Shown here: positions 31,824 through 40,234 of the stretch, piece by piece | Numbering within the stretch: the first letter of the stretch is position 1 | Layout: every line of letters starts with the position of its first letter | Assembly (NCBI GenBank): GCA_045806765.1 | Contig: JBJMIO010000053.1 | Location: forward strand, 1 to 60,459 | Length of the DNA stretch: 60,459 bases | Direction: 5' to 3' | From: Marmoricola sp. | Lineage (GTDB): Bacteria; Actinomycetota; Actinomycetes; Propionibacteriales; Nocardioidaceae | Made by a program: the position numbers and the translations under genes | The notes under the pieces: model-generated | Databases searched by the model: none | What the model was told of the DNA's origin: nothing | The model's input: only the letters and a program-made list of their open reading frames with translations

Positions 31824-32963
31824 ATGCGCGAGATCTTCACCGCTGAGCACGAGGACTTCCGTCAGACCGTCCGGACCTTCTTCGAGAAGGAGGTCGTCCC
31901 GCACCACGACGCGTGGGACCGGGCCGGCATCGTGCCGCGCGAGCTGTGGCTCAAGGCCGGCGAGCTGGGCCTGCTCTGCTTCGACGTCCCCGAGGAGTTC
32001 GGCGGCGCGGGCATCGACGACTTCCGGTTCAACGTGATCATGTCCGAGGAGCAGACCCGGGCGGGGTCGAACGGCCCCGGCTTCTCGGTGCACACCGACA
32101 TCATCGTCCCCTACCTCTCCGCGATCGCGAACGAGGAGCAGAAGGCGCGCTGGCTGCCCGGCTGCGTGAGCGGCGAGATCATCACCGCCATCGCGATGAC
32201 CGAGCCCGGCGCCGGCTCGGACCTGCAGGGCGTGCGCACCAGCGCTGTGGACAAGGGCGACCACTACATCCTCAACGGCTCGAAGACCTTCATCTCCAAC
32301 GGCATCAACGCCGACCTGGTCATCGTGGTCGCGCGCACGAACCCCGAGGCCGGCCACCTCGGCTTCAGCCTGCTGGTGGTCGAGCGCGGCATGGAGGGCT
32401 TCGAGCGCGGTCGCAACCTGGAGAAGATCGGCATGCACGCCCAGGACACCGCCGAGCTCTCCTTCACCGACGTCGTGGTCCCCAAGACCAACCTGCTCGG
32501 CGAAGAGGGCCAGGGCTTCATCTACCTGATGCAGAACCTCCCGCAGGAGCGCCTGATCATCGCGGCCCAGGCTGCCGCTGCGTGCCAGTACGTCGTCGAC
32601 CTGTGCCTGGACTACGCCAAGACCCGCGAGGCGTTCGGCAAGCCGATCGGCAAGTTCCAGAACACCCGCTTCAAGATCGCCGAGATGGCCACCGAGGCGC
32701 GGGTCACCCAGACCTTCGTGGACGACTGCCTGCGCAAGCACCTCGACGGCAAGCTCGACACCACCGACGCCTCGATGGCCAAGTGGTGGGCGACCGAGAC
32801 GCAGAACAAGCTCGTCAACCAGGGCGTCCAGCTGCACGGCGGGTACGGCTACATGATGGAGTACCCGATCGCCCGGGCCTACCTCGACAGCCGCATCTCC
32901 ACCATCTACGGCGGCACGACCGAGATCCAGAAGGAGATCATCGGCCGCTCGCTCGGCCTGTGA
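31824..32963 (+). CDS. fadE: Acyl-CoA dehydrogenase (long-chain-like)
   Basis: AMTEPGAGSD, NGSKTFISNG, QLHGGYGYMMEY, IYGGTTEI. Confidence 0.95.
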   Translation: MREIFTAEHEDFRQTVRTFFEKEVVPHHDAWDRAGIVPRELWLKAGELGLLCFDVPEEFGGAGIDDFRFNVIMSEEQTRAGSNGPGFSVHTDIIVPYLSAIANEEQKARWLPGCVSGEIITAIAMTEPGAGSDLQGVRTSAVDKGDHYILNGSKTFISNGINADLVIVVARTNPEAGHLGFSLLVVERGMEGFERGRNLEKIGMHAQDTAELSFTDVVVPKTNLLGEEGQGFIYLMQNLPQERLIIAAQAAAACQYVVDLCLDYAKTREAFGKPIGKFQNTRFKIAEMATEARVTQTFVDDCLRKHLDGKLDTTDASMAKWWATETQNKLVNQGVQLHGGYGYMMEYPIARAYLDSRISTIYGGTTEIQKEIIGRSLGL

Positions 32964-32984
32964 CTCCGCGAGCAGAGGGCAACC

Positions 32985-34172
32985 ATGGACTTCAACCTTC
33001 CTGACTCCGCGCTGGCCGTCCGTGACGGCGTCGCGGCGGTCGCAGCCAAGTACGACAACGCCTACTGGTCGCGCTGCGAGGAGGAGCACCGCTTCCCCGA
33101 CGAGGTCTTCCACGACCTCGGCCAGGGCGGCTGGCTCGGCCTGTGCATCCCCGAGGAGTACGGCGGGGGCGGGCAGGGCCTGCTCGAGCTCGCCGTCGCC
33201 AACGACACCCTGTGCGCCTCGGGCGGCACCCAGGGCACGTTCATCTACGTCACCACGCCGGGCTTCGGCGCGATGACGCTGGTGCGCCACGGGACGGACG
33301 AGCAGAAGCAGCGGATCCTACCGGGCCTGGCGGCGGGCGAGATCCAGTTCTCCTTCGCGCTCACCGAGCCGGACGCCGGTTCGAACGCCATCGAGATCAA
33401 GACCGCGGCGCGGCGCGACGGTGACGACTTCTTGATCAAGGGCCAGAAGGTCTGGATCTCCAACGTCGAGCGCGCGGACTGGATGGTCGCGGTGACCCGG
33501 ACGACCTCGGCCGCCGAGGCCGCGGAGAACGGCAACCGCACGCACGGGTTCACCCTCTTCCTCGTCGACGTGAAGGAAGCGCTCGCCGCGGGCACGCTCT
33601 CCTACACCCCGATCCCGAAGATGGGGTCGAACATCCTGAACTCCAGCCAGGTCTTCTTCGACGACGTCCGCGTCCCGGCCGAGAACGTGCTCGGCGAGGT
33701 CGACCAGGGCTTCGGCGTCCTGTGGGACGTGCTCAACCCCGAGCGCATCCTGGCCGCCGCCGGAGGTGTCGGCTCGGCCGACGCCGCGCTCGACGTGGCC
33801 GTCCAGTACGCCCGTGAGCGCGTGGTCTTCGGACGTCCGATCGGCTCCAACCAGGCGATCCAGTTCCCGCTCGCCCAGATCAAGGCCAAGACCGAGCTCG
33901 CCCGGCTGATGACCTACAAGGCGGCGTGGCTCTTCGACAACGGCCTGATGTGCGGCAACGAGGCCAACGTCGCCAAGCTGACCGGCGCGCAGGTGGCCTG
34001 GGAGGCGGCAGACCAGGCGTTCCAGACCCTGGGCGGGATGGCGTACTCCAAGGAGTACCCGATCGAGCGGATGTTCCGCGACGCCCGGATCGGCAAGAAC
34101 ATCCCGGTCTCCGAGCAGCTGGTGCTGGCCCACATCGGCACCTCGATGCTCGGCCTGCCGAAGAGCTACTGA
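32985..34172 (+). CDS. Acyl-CoA dehydrogenase family protein
   Basis: ALTEPDAGS, GQKVWISN, FGRPIGSNQAIQ, QTLGGMAY. Confidence 0.93.
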   Translation: MDFNLPDSALAVRDGVAAVAAKYDNAYWSRCEEEHRFPDEVFHDLGQGGWLGLCIPEEYGGGGQGLLELAVANDTLCASGGTQGTFIYVTTPGFGAMTLVRHGTDEQKQRILPGLAAGEIQFSFALTEPDAGSNAIEIKTAARRDGDDFLIKGQKVWISNVERADWMVAVTRTTSAAEAAENGNRTHGFTLFLVDVKEALAAGTLSYTPIPKMGSNILNSSQVFFDDVRVPAENVLGEVDQGFGVLWDVLNPERILAAAGGVGSADAALDVAVQYARERVVFGRPIGSNQAIQFPLAQIKAKTELARLMTYKAAWLFDNGLMCGNEANVAKLTGAQVAWEAADQAFQTLGGMAYSKEYPIERMFRDARIGKNIPVSEQLVLAHIGTSMLGLPKSY

Positions 34173-34177
34173 CACGA

Positions 34178-34242
34178 CCGTTCGTCGAGCTTGTCGAGAC
34201 GCGGTGAGTCACTCAGGGCATCTCGACAGGCTCGATGAACGG
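34178..34242. repeat. REP-type 25 bp inverted repeat pair
   Basis: CCGTTCGTCGAGCTTGTCGAGACGC / GCATCTCGACAGGCTCGATGAACGG, with an inner TGAGT-C-ACTCA palindrome. Confidence 0.8.
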
Positions 34243-34281
34243 GGGCAAGACTCGACCCGACGACACGACCCAGGAGCTGCC

Positions 34282-36162
34282 ATGACCGACGTCCTCACCG
34301 AGCGCGCCGAGATCGATGCCGAGATCGCCGGCCGGACGATCGCCAGCGCGTTCGCCGACACCGTCGCCGTCCAGGATGACAACCCGGCGTACTCCGACAA
34401 GGTCGGGCTCCCCGAGGGCAGCACCGAGTGGCGCACGGTGAGCTGGAACCAGCTGCGCGAGCAGGGCCTGAGCCTGGCCGCCGCGCTGGTCGAGGTGGGT
34501 GTCGCGCCGGGCGACCGGGTCGCGATCATGGCGACCAACCGCACCGAGCACGTGCTCGCCGACATCGCCGTCCAGCACGCCGGCGCGGTCGCGGTCTCGA
34601 TCTACAACACCCTCTCCCCCAGCCAGGTCGCCTACGTCGCCGGCCACTGCGCACCGACCGCGGTCATCCTCGAGAACGCCGACCACGTGGCGCGCTGGGA
34701 GCAGGCACTGAGCGAGGTCAAGCCGCTCCTGGTCGTGGTGATGGAGGACGACGCGGCCGGACCGGACCAGGCGGGCGGCGACGCGATCACCTGGAGCGAG
34801 CTCGTCGAGCGCGGCCGGGCCGCGCAGGCGACGTACGGCGAGGAGGTCGAGCGCCGCTGGAAGGCGATCGAGCCGACCGACCCGGTCACCTTCGTCTACA
34901 CCTCCGGCACCACCGGCAACCCGAAGGCCGTGGTGCTCACGCACCGCAACATCCTCTTCGAGGCCGCCAGCACCGACAAGACGGTCAACAGCGACGGCGA
35001 GCACATCGCCCTCTCCTACCTTCCCTACGCGCACGTCGCCGAGCGGGTGCTGGGCATCTACCTGCCGCAGGTCAACGGCGCGCACCTGTACCTGATCGCC
35101 GACCCCAAGCTGCTCGTCGCTGCGCTCGGCCAGGTCCGCCCGACGCGATTCTTCGGCGTCCCGCGGGTGTGGGAGAAGATCCAGACCGGCATCAACGGCC
35201 TGCTCGCGATGGAGACCGACGAGGCCAAGAAGCAGGCCGTCGCCGACGCCATGGCGATCGGCCTGGAGTACGTCGAGTCGCTGCAGTACGGCAGCTCCAC
35301 CAGCCCCGAGCTCCAGGCCCGGTACGACGCCGCGAACGCCGCTGTGCTGATGCCGATGAAGGCAGCGCTCGGACTCGACCGGGTGGAGTGGTCCGGGAGC
35401 GCCTCGGCGCCGATGCCGCTGGAGACCGCGCGCTTCTTCGCCGGTCTCGGCTTCTCGATCTACGACATCTACGGGATGAGCGAGACCAGCGGCGCGGTCA
35501 CCGCCTGCGGACCGAACGCCTTCCGGCTCGGCACCGTCGGCCGTGCCCAGCCGGGCATCGAGGTCCGCCTGGCCGAGGACGGCGAGGTGCTCGCGCGCGG
35601 GCCGGTCGCGATCGAGAGCTACTTCGAGAACCCGGAGGCGACCGCGGAGCTGCTCGACGCCGAGGGCTGGGTGCACACCGGCGACATCGGGGAGATGGAC
35701 GCGGACGGCTTCCTGAAGATCGTGGACCGCAAGAAGGAGCTCATCATCACCTCGCAGGGCAAGAACATCTCGCCCTCCAACATCGAGAACTACCTCAAGG
35801 AGAGCCCGCTGGTCGGGCACGCGCTCGCCTACGGCGAGGGCAGGCCGTACGTCGTCGCCATCCTCACCCTGGACCCCGACGTCGCACCGATCATCGCCGC
35901 CAAGCTCGGCATCGTGGGCCCCGACGGATCAGCACCCTCGCTGGCCGAGCTCGCCGAGAACCCCGCGATCCTCGGGATCGTCGGCCAGGCCGTCGAGACC
36001 GCCAACGAGCGGCTCTCGCGGCCCGAGCAGGTCAAGAAGTGGAAGCTGCTCCCGGTCGAGTGGACCGCCGAGTCGGCCGAGCTGACCCCGACGCTGAAGC
36101 TCAAGCGTCGCGTCGTCCACACCAACTACGCGGACCAGATCGCCGCCCTCTACGAAGGCTGA
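34282..36162 (+). CDS. fadD: Long-chain fatty acyl-CoA synthetase
   Basis: YTSGTTGNPK, YGMSET, HTGDIG, DRKKELII, ELTPTLKLKR; AGGAG RBS. Confidence 0.93.
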   Translation: MTDVLTERAEIDAEIAGRTIASAFADTVAVQDDNPAYSDKVGLPEGSTEWRTVSWNQLREQGLSLAAALVEVGVAPGDRVAIMATNRTEHVLADIAVQHAGAVAVSIYNTLSPSQVAYVAGHCAPTAVILENADHVARWEQALSEVKPLLVVVMEDDAAGPDQAGGDAITWSELVERGRAAQATYGEEVERRWKAIEPTDPVTFVYTSGTTGNPKAVVLTHRNILFEAASTDKTVNSDGEHIALSYLPYAHVAERVLGIYLPQVNGAHLYLIADPKLLVAALGQVRPTRFFGVPRVWEKIQTGINGLLAMETDEAKKQAVADAMAIGLEYVESLQYGSSTSPELQARYDAANAAVLMPMKAALGLDRVEWSGSASAPMPLETARFFAGLGFSIYDIYGMSETSGAVTACGPNAFRLGTVGRAQPGIEVRLAEDGEVLARGPVAIESYFENPEATAELLDAEGWVHTGDIGEMDADGFLKIVDRKKELIITSQGKNISPSNIENYLKESPLVGHALAYGEGRPYVVAILTLDPDVAPIIAAKLGIVGPDGSAPSLAELAENPAILGIVGQAVETANERLSRPEQVKKWKLLPVEWTAESAELTPTLKLKRRVVHTNYADQIAALYEG

Positions 36163-36167
36163 GTGCC

Positions 36168-37772
36168 ATGACCACCGTCATCGACCACCACCTGCGCCAC
36201 AACGAGATCCCGGCCGCGCGCCCCGAGTGGGTGACCGACGAGGTGATCGCCACCCTGACCGCCAGGGTCTTCCGCGACCCCTCCGGGACCGAGAGCGTCA
36301 CTGCGTACGCGCCCTACGACTCGATGCAGATCGCGACGATCCCGGCGAGCACCGCCGAGGACGTGCGGCTGGCGGTCGCCACCGCGCGGATCGCCCAGGA
36401 GGCCTGGCTCGAGCGCGACGTCCGCGAGCGCGCCCAGGTCATGCTCGCCTTCCACGACCAGTTCCTCGCCGAGCAGGACAAGCTCATCGACCTGATCCAG
36501 TGGGAGATGGGCAAGGCCCGGTTCACCGCGTGGCAGGAGATCCTCCAGGTCGCCAACATCACCCGGCACTACGCCCGGGTCGGCCACAAGTACCTGGCAC
36601 CGAAGTCGGTGCGCGGTGCCGTCCCCGGTCTGACCAAGGTCGCCGAGACGCGGGTCCCCAAGGGCGTCGTGGGGATCATCTCGCCGTGGAACTACCCGTT
36701 CTACCTCGGCGTCGGCGATGCCGTTCCCGCCCTGCTGGCCGGCAACGCGGTCGTCTCCAAGGCGGACTCGCAGACCGCCCTGACGCTGCTGCTGGCCCGC
36801 GACCTGATGGGACGCGCCGGGCTGCCGACCGACCTGTGGCAGATCGTGGTCGGGCGGGGCAACGTCGTCGGCACCGCGCTGATCGACGAGGTCGACTACA
36901 TCTGCTTCACCGGCTCGACCGCGACCGGACGCACGGTCGGTGAGCAGGCCGGGCGCCGGCTGATCGGCGCCTCGCTCGAGCTCGGTGGGAAGAACCCGCT
37001 GATCGTGCGCAAGGACGCCGACATCACCAAGGCCGCCGAGGGTTGCGTCGCCTCCTCCTTCGCCAACACCGGGCAGATGTGCATCCACACCGAGCGGGTC
37101 CTGGTGCACACCGAGGTCTACGACGCCTTCCGCACCGCCCTGGTCGACGCGACCCGCTCGCTGCGCCTGGGCCAGGTCTTCGACTACACCGTCGACATCG
37201 GCTCGCTCGCCTCTCCGGCCCAGCTCGCCACCGTGGCCGAGCACGTCGAGGAGGCCCGTGCCGCCGGCGCGAGGATCCTCACCGGCGGCCGCGCACGACC
37301 CGACCTCGGGCCGCTGATGTACGAGCCGACGATCCTGGAGGGCGTGACCGACGCGATGACGGTGTGCCACGAGGAGACCTTCGGGCCGGTGATCTCGCTC
37401 TACCCCTTCAGCTCCGACTCCGAGGCGATCGCGCTGGCCAACGAGGGCAGCTACGGGCTCTCGGCGAGCATCTGGTCCAAGGACGCCCACACCGCGCGGG
37501 CCATGGCGGCCCGGATCCGCTCGGGCTCGGTGAACATCAACGACGGGGCCGCTGCGGCAGCCGGCTCCATCGAGGCGCCGATGGGCGGCATGGGCGACAG
37601 CGGGCTGGGGCGCCGCCACGGCGCCGAGGGCATCCGGAAGTACACCGAGGCGCAGACGGTCGCCGAGCAGCGCGGGATGGCGCTCGGACCTCCGCCCTCG
37701 ATGACCCTGGACAAGTTCGTCGCCTTCACCAACACCCAGCTGAAGATGCTGCGCAGGCTCCGTGTCCGCTGA
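36168..37772 (+). CDS. Aldehyde dehydrogenase (SSADH-like)
   Basis: ISPWNYP, FTGST, ELGGKN, GQMC, EETFGP. Confidence 0.93.
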   Translation: MTTVIDHHLRHNEIPAARPEWVTDEVIATLTARVFRDPSGTESVTAYAPYDSMQIATIPASTAEDVRLAVATARIAQEAWLERDVRERAQVMLAFHDQFLAEQDKLIDLIQWEMGKARFTAWQEILQVANITRHYARVGHKYLAPKSVRGAVPGLTKVAETRVPKGVVGIISPWNYPFYLGVGDAVPALLAGNAVVSKADSQTALTLLLARDLMGRAGLPTDLWQIVVGRGNVVGTALIDEVDYICFTGSTATGRTVGEQAGRRLIGASLELGGKNPLIVRKDADITKAAEGCVASSFANTGQMCIHTERVLVHTEVYDAFRTALVDATRSLRLGQVFDYTVDIGSLASPAQLATVAEHVEEARAAGARILTGGRARPDLGPLMYEPTILEGVTDAMTVCHEETFGPVISLYPFSSDSEAIALANEGSYGLSASIWSKDAHTARAMAARIRSGSVNINDGAAAAAGSIEAPMGGMGDSGLGRRHGAEGIRKYTEAQTVAEQRGMALGPPPSMTLDKFVAFTNTQLKMLRRLRVR

Positions 37773-38577
37773 GCTCGACATCACCCGCCACCTCTCCGGA
37801 GCCGCCGGCGGAGTGGTCGCCTCGGCGAACGTGGTGATGCAGCTCGGGTGGGCCGGTGTCGGCCACGGCGTCGCGGAGAGCCGGGTCGACTCGGGCAACG
37901 TGCTGATCCACCCGTGGAAGCGGCTGCGCACCACGACCAGCTACATCACGGTCGCGCTGGTGGGCAGGGAGGAGGACCGGGCGGCGTACCGGACCGCGGT
38001 GAACCGCTCGCACGTCCTGGTGCGCTCGCAGCCCGGGAGCCCGGTGGAGTACAACGCCTTCGACCCGGCCCTGCAGCTCTGGGTCGCGGCGTGCCTCTAC
38101 GTCGGGATGCGCGACCAGCGCGAGCTGTTCCTCGGTCCGCTCGAGGGCGCGGAGGCCGACGCGTTCTACCACCACTGCGCCCGCCTCGGCACGACGCTGC
38201 AGGTGCGCGAGGAGGACTGGCCGGCCGACCGCGCGGCGTTCGAGCGGTACTGGTCCAACGGCCTGGCGGCGGTCCACTACGACCCGGCCGTGCGCGACCA
38301 CCTGATGCAGGTCGTCGAGCTGCGGATGCTGCCCTGGTTCCTGCGGATCGGCACCGCGCGGGTCAACCGGTTCTTCACCACCGCGCTGCTGCGTCCCGAG
38401 TTCCGCACCGCGATGGCACTGCCGTGGTCGGCGCGCGAGGAGCTCCTCTTCCGCCGGCTGGTGGTGCTGATGCGCCTGGTCACGCGCCTGACCCCGCGGT
38501 GGTTGCGCGTCCTGCCGATCCGGCTCCAGCTCGCCGAGGTGCGGCTGCGGATCCGGCGCGGCTGGCGGCTGGTCTGA
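37762..38577 (+). CDS. MpaB/DUF2236 oxygenase-family protein
   Basis: ANVVMQL...VGHGV.ES...KRLRTT...VNRSH...YNAFDPALQLWVAACLY...WPADRAAF. Confidence 0.85.
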   Translation: MSAELDITRHLSGAAGGVVASANVVMQLGWAGVGHGVAESRVDSGNVLIHPWKRLRTTTSYITVALVGREEDRAAYRTAVNRSHVLVRSQPGSPVEYNAFDPALQLWVAACLYVGMRDQRELFLGPLEGAEADAFYHHCARLGTTLQVREEDWPADRAAFERYWSNGLAAVHYDPAVRDHLMQVVELRMLPWFLRIGTARVNRFFTTALLRPEFRTAMALPWSAREELLFRRLVVLMRLVTRLTPRWLRVLPIRLQLAEVRLRIRRGWRLV

Positions 38578-38578
38578 G

Positions 38579-39541
38579 CTAGCGCGCGAGCGGCAGCTGC
38601 GGCAGCCGGTTGCGTCCGATCAGGGCGATCTCCGGGAAGTCGGTGATCAGCCCGTCGATGCCGGCCTCGAAGAGCAGCGCCGCCTCGCCGGCGGCGTCAC
38701 CGTGCCCGTGCGGCTCGGCGCCGATCCGCAGGTTCGCCGGCAGGTGCTGGTTCTCCGCGCGGTGGGTCCAGACGAGGACCTCCAGGCCGCGCTTGTGGGC
38801 CTTCGCCACCAGCTTGGACGGCTGGGTGACCCGGCCGGTCACGTCGCGCGGCAGGACCGCCTTGCGGCGTACCCCGACAGCGCTGACCACGTCGGCGAGA
38901 CGGGTGAGGTCCTTGGGCGCCGGCGTCTTGTCGAACAGGCGCACCTTGCGCGGGGCGACGAGGTCGGCCAGTGCCTCCTCCTCGAAGCTGAGGAAGGTCA
39001 GGTCGGGCGCGCCGGCGTACTCGCTGACCAGCTCGGGCAGCCAGTGCCCGCCGTGCTCGCGCAGGTGCCGCGGCGACTTCAGCTCCACGTGCACCCCCAC
39101 CCGGCCGCCGGTCCGCGCGGCCTCGGCGTCGCGCAGCGCGAGCACCTCGGCCAGCGTCGGCACCGGGTAGGACCCGTCGTGGCTCGCGCTCGCGGACCGC
39201 TTGCGCCCCCAGCGCTCGCGGGCACGGAGCTGCTTGAGCTCGGCCAGGGTCAGGTCGTGCACGAACCAGTCGGTGAGGACCTCACCCTCGACCTCGAGCG
39301 TGCGGCGCAGGTGGGCCAGCTCGGGGTGCTCGGCCACGTCGGTGGTGCGGGACAGGCCGATGTCGTGGCGGCAGACCAGGACACCGTCCTTGGTGGCGAC
39401 GACGTCGAGCTCGACCGAGTCCGCGCCGAGGCGGTAGCCCAGCTCGTAGGAGGCCAGCGTGTGCTCGGGACGGTGACCGCAGGCCCCACGGTGCGCGATG
39501 ACCTGCGGGACCCCGGTGGAGCGGAACGAGCGCGTTGCCAT
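38579..39541 (-). CDS. glpQ: Glycerophosphodiester phosphodiesterase
   Basis: IAHRGA..RPEHTLASY, ELDVVATKDG.LVCRHD, VELK, GIDGLITDFP. Confidence 0.9.
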   Translation of the reverse strand: MATRSFRSTGVPQVIAHRGACGHRPEHTLASYELGYRLGADSVELDVVATKDGVLVCRHDIGLSRTTDVAEHPELAHLRRTLEVEGEVLTDWFVHDLTLAELKQLRARERWGRKRSASASHDGSYPVPTLAEVLALRDAEAARTGGRVGVHVELKSPRHLREHGGHWLPELVSEYAGAPDLTFLSFEEEALADLVAPRKVRLFDKTPAPKDLTRLADVVSAVGVRRKAVLPRDVTGRVTQPSKLVAKAHKRGLEVLVWTHRAENQHLPANLRIGAEPHGHGDAAGEAALLFEAGIDGLITDFPEIALIGRNRLPQLPLAR

Positions 39542-39612
39542 GCCCCCAGGGTCACGAGCGCGGGTGACCGGGAGGTGTCGGTCCGGTTGACCGACCGTTT
39601 ACGGTGCATGGC

Positions 39613-40161
39613 ATGTCGTCAGGAACCCACACCCTCGGCACGCTGACCACCGTCCCGGTCCTGGAGAACCTCGACCTCGTCGCCGCCCCCGTCGCCGCCC
39701 TGCTGCGCGGCTGGGCGCCCGCCGCCGAGGTCGGCGTGGTGGCGATCGACCCCGAGCACGCGGACACCTCCGGCACCGTCGAGGTGTACGGCGTGCCCTG
39801 GGAGGCCGGCGCCAACTGCGTCGTCATCATGGGCAAGCGCGAGGGCGAGGAGCGGATCGCGGCCTGCGTCGTGCGCGGGGACACCAAGGCGGACGTGAAC
39901 AACCGCGTCAAGCGGCTGCTCGACGTGCGCAAGTGCTCGTTCCTGGCCCACGAGCGCGCGGTCGAGGAGACCGGCATGGAGCACGGCGGGATCACCCCGG
40001 TCGGCGTACCGGCGAGCTGGCGGCTGCTGGTCGACGCCCGCGTGCCCGCCACCGACCTGGTGCTCATCGGTTCCGGCATCCGGGGCTCGAAGCTGATCCT
40101 GCCCGGACGCCTGCTCGCCGAGCTCCCCGGCGCCGAGGTCGTCGAGGACCTCGCCGTCTGA
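39613..40161 (+). CDS. YbaK/EbsC family protein
   Basis: ANCVV..GKR, TGMEHGGITPVG, IGSG.R.SKL; -10 TACGGT 7 nt before ATG 39613. Confidence 0.88.
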   Translation: MSSGTHTLGTLTTVPVLENLDLVAAPVAALLRGWAPAAEVGVVAIDPEHADTSGTVEVYGVPWEAGANCVVIMGKREGEERIAACVVRGDTKADVNNRVKRLLDVRKCSFLAHERAVEETGMEHGGITPVGVPASWRLLVDARVPATDLVLIGSGIRGSKLILPGRLLAELPGAEVVEDLAV

Positions 40162-40183
40162 AGCGGACCCCGGTCCGCGAATC

Positions 40184-40228
40184 TCAGGGAAAACCCGGAG
40201 GCGGGCTGTCGGTGATCTCTGCTGGAAT
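40184..40228 (+). promoter_or_regulatory. MMPL promoter with a psp-type palindrome and a PafBC-like element
   Basis: TCAGGG-AAAA-CCCGGA (40184-40199) and TGTCGG-N10-TGGAAT (40207-40228), 6 nt before the ATG. Confidence 0.4.
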
Positions 40229-40234
40229 GCCGTC

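Noticed and set aside
34428-37772. 1114 aa ORF suggesting a fusion protein
   Set aside because: Only the part from ATG 36168 is the ALDH; the upstream part is a shadow frame over fadD. The same applies to the track starts at 9261, 18545, 28759 and 43400.
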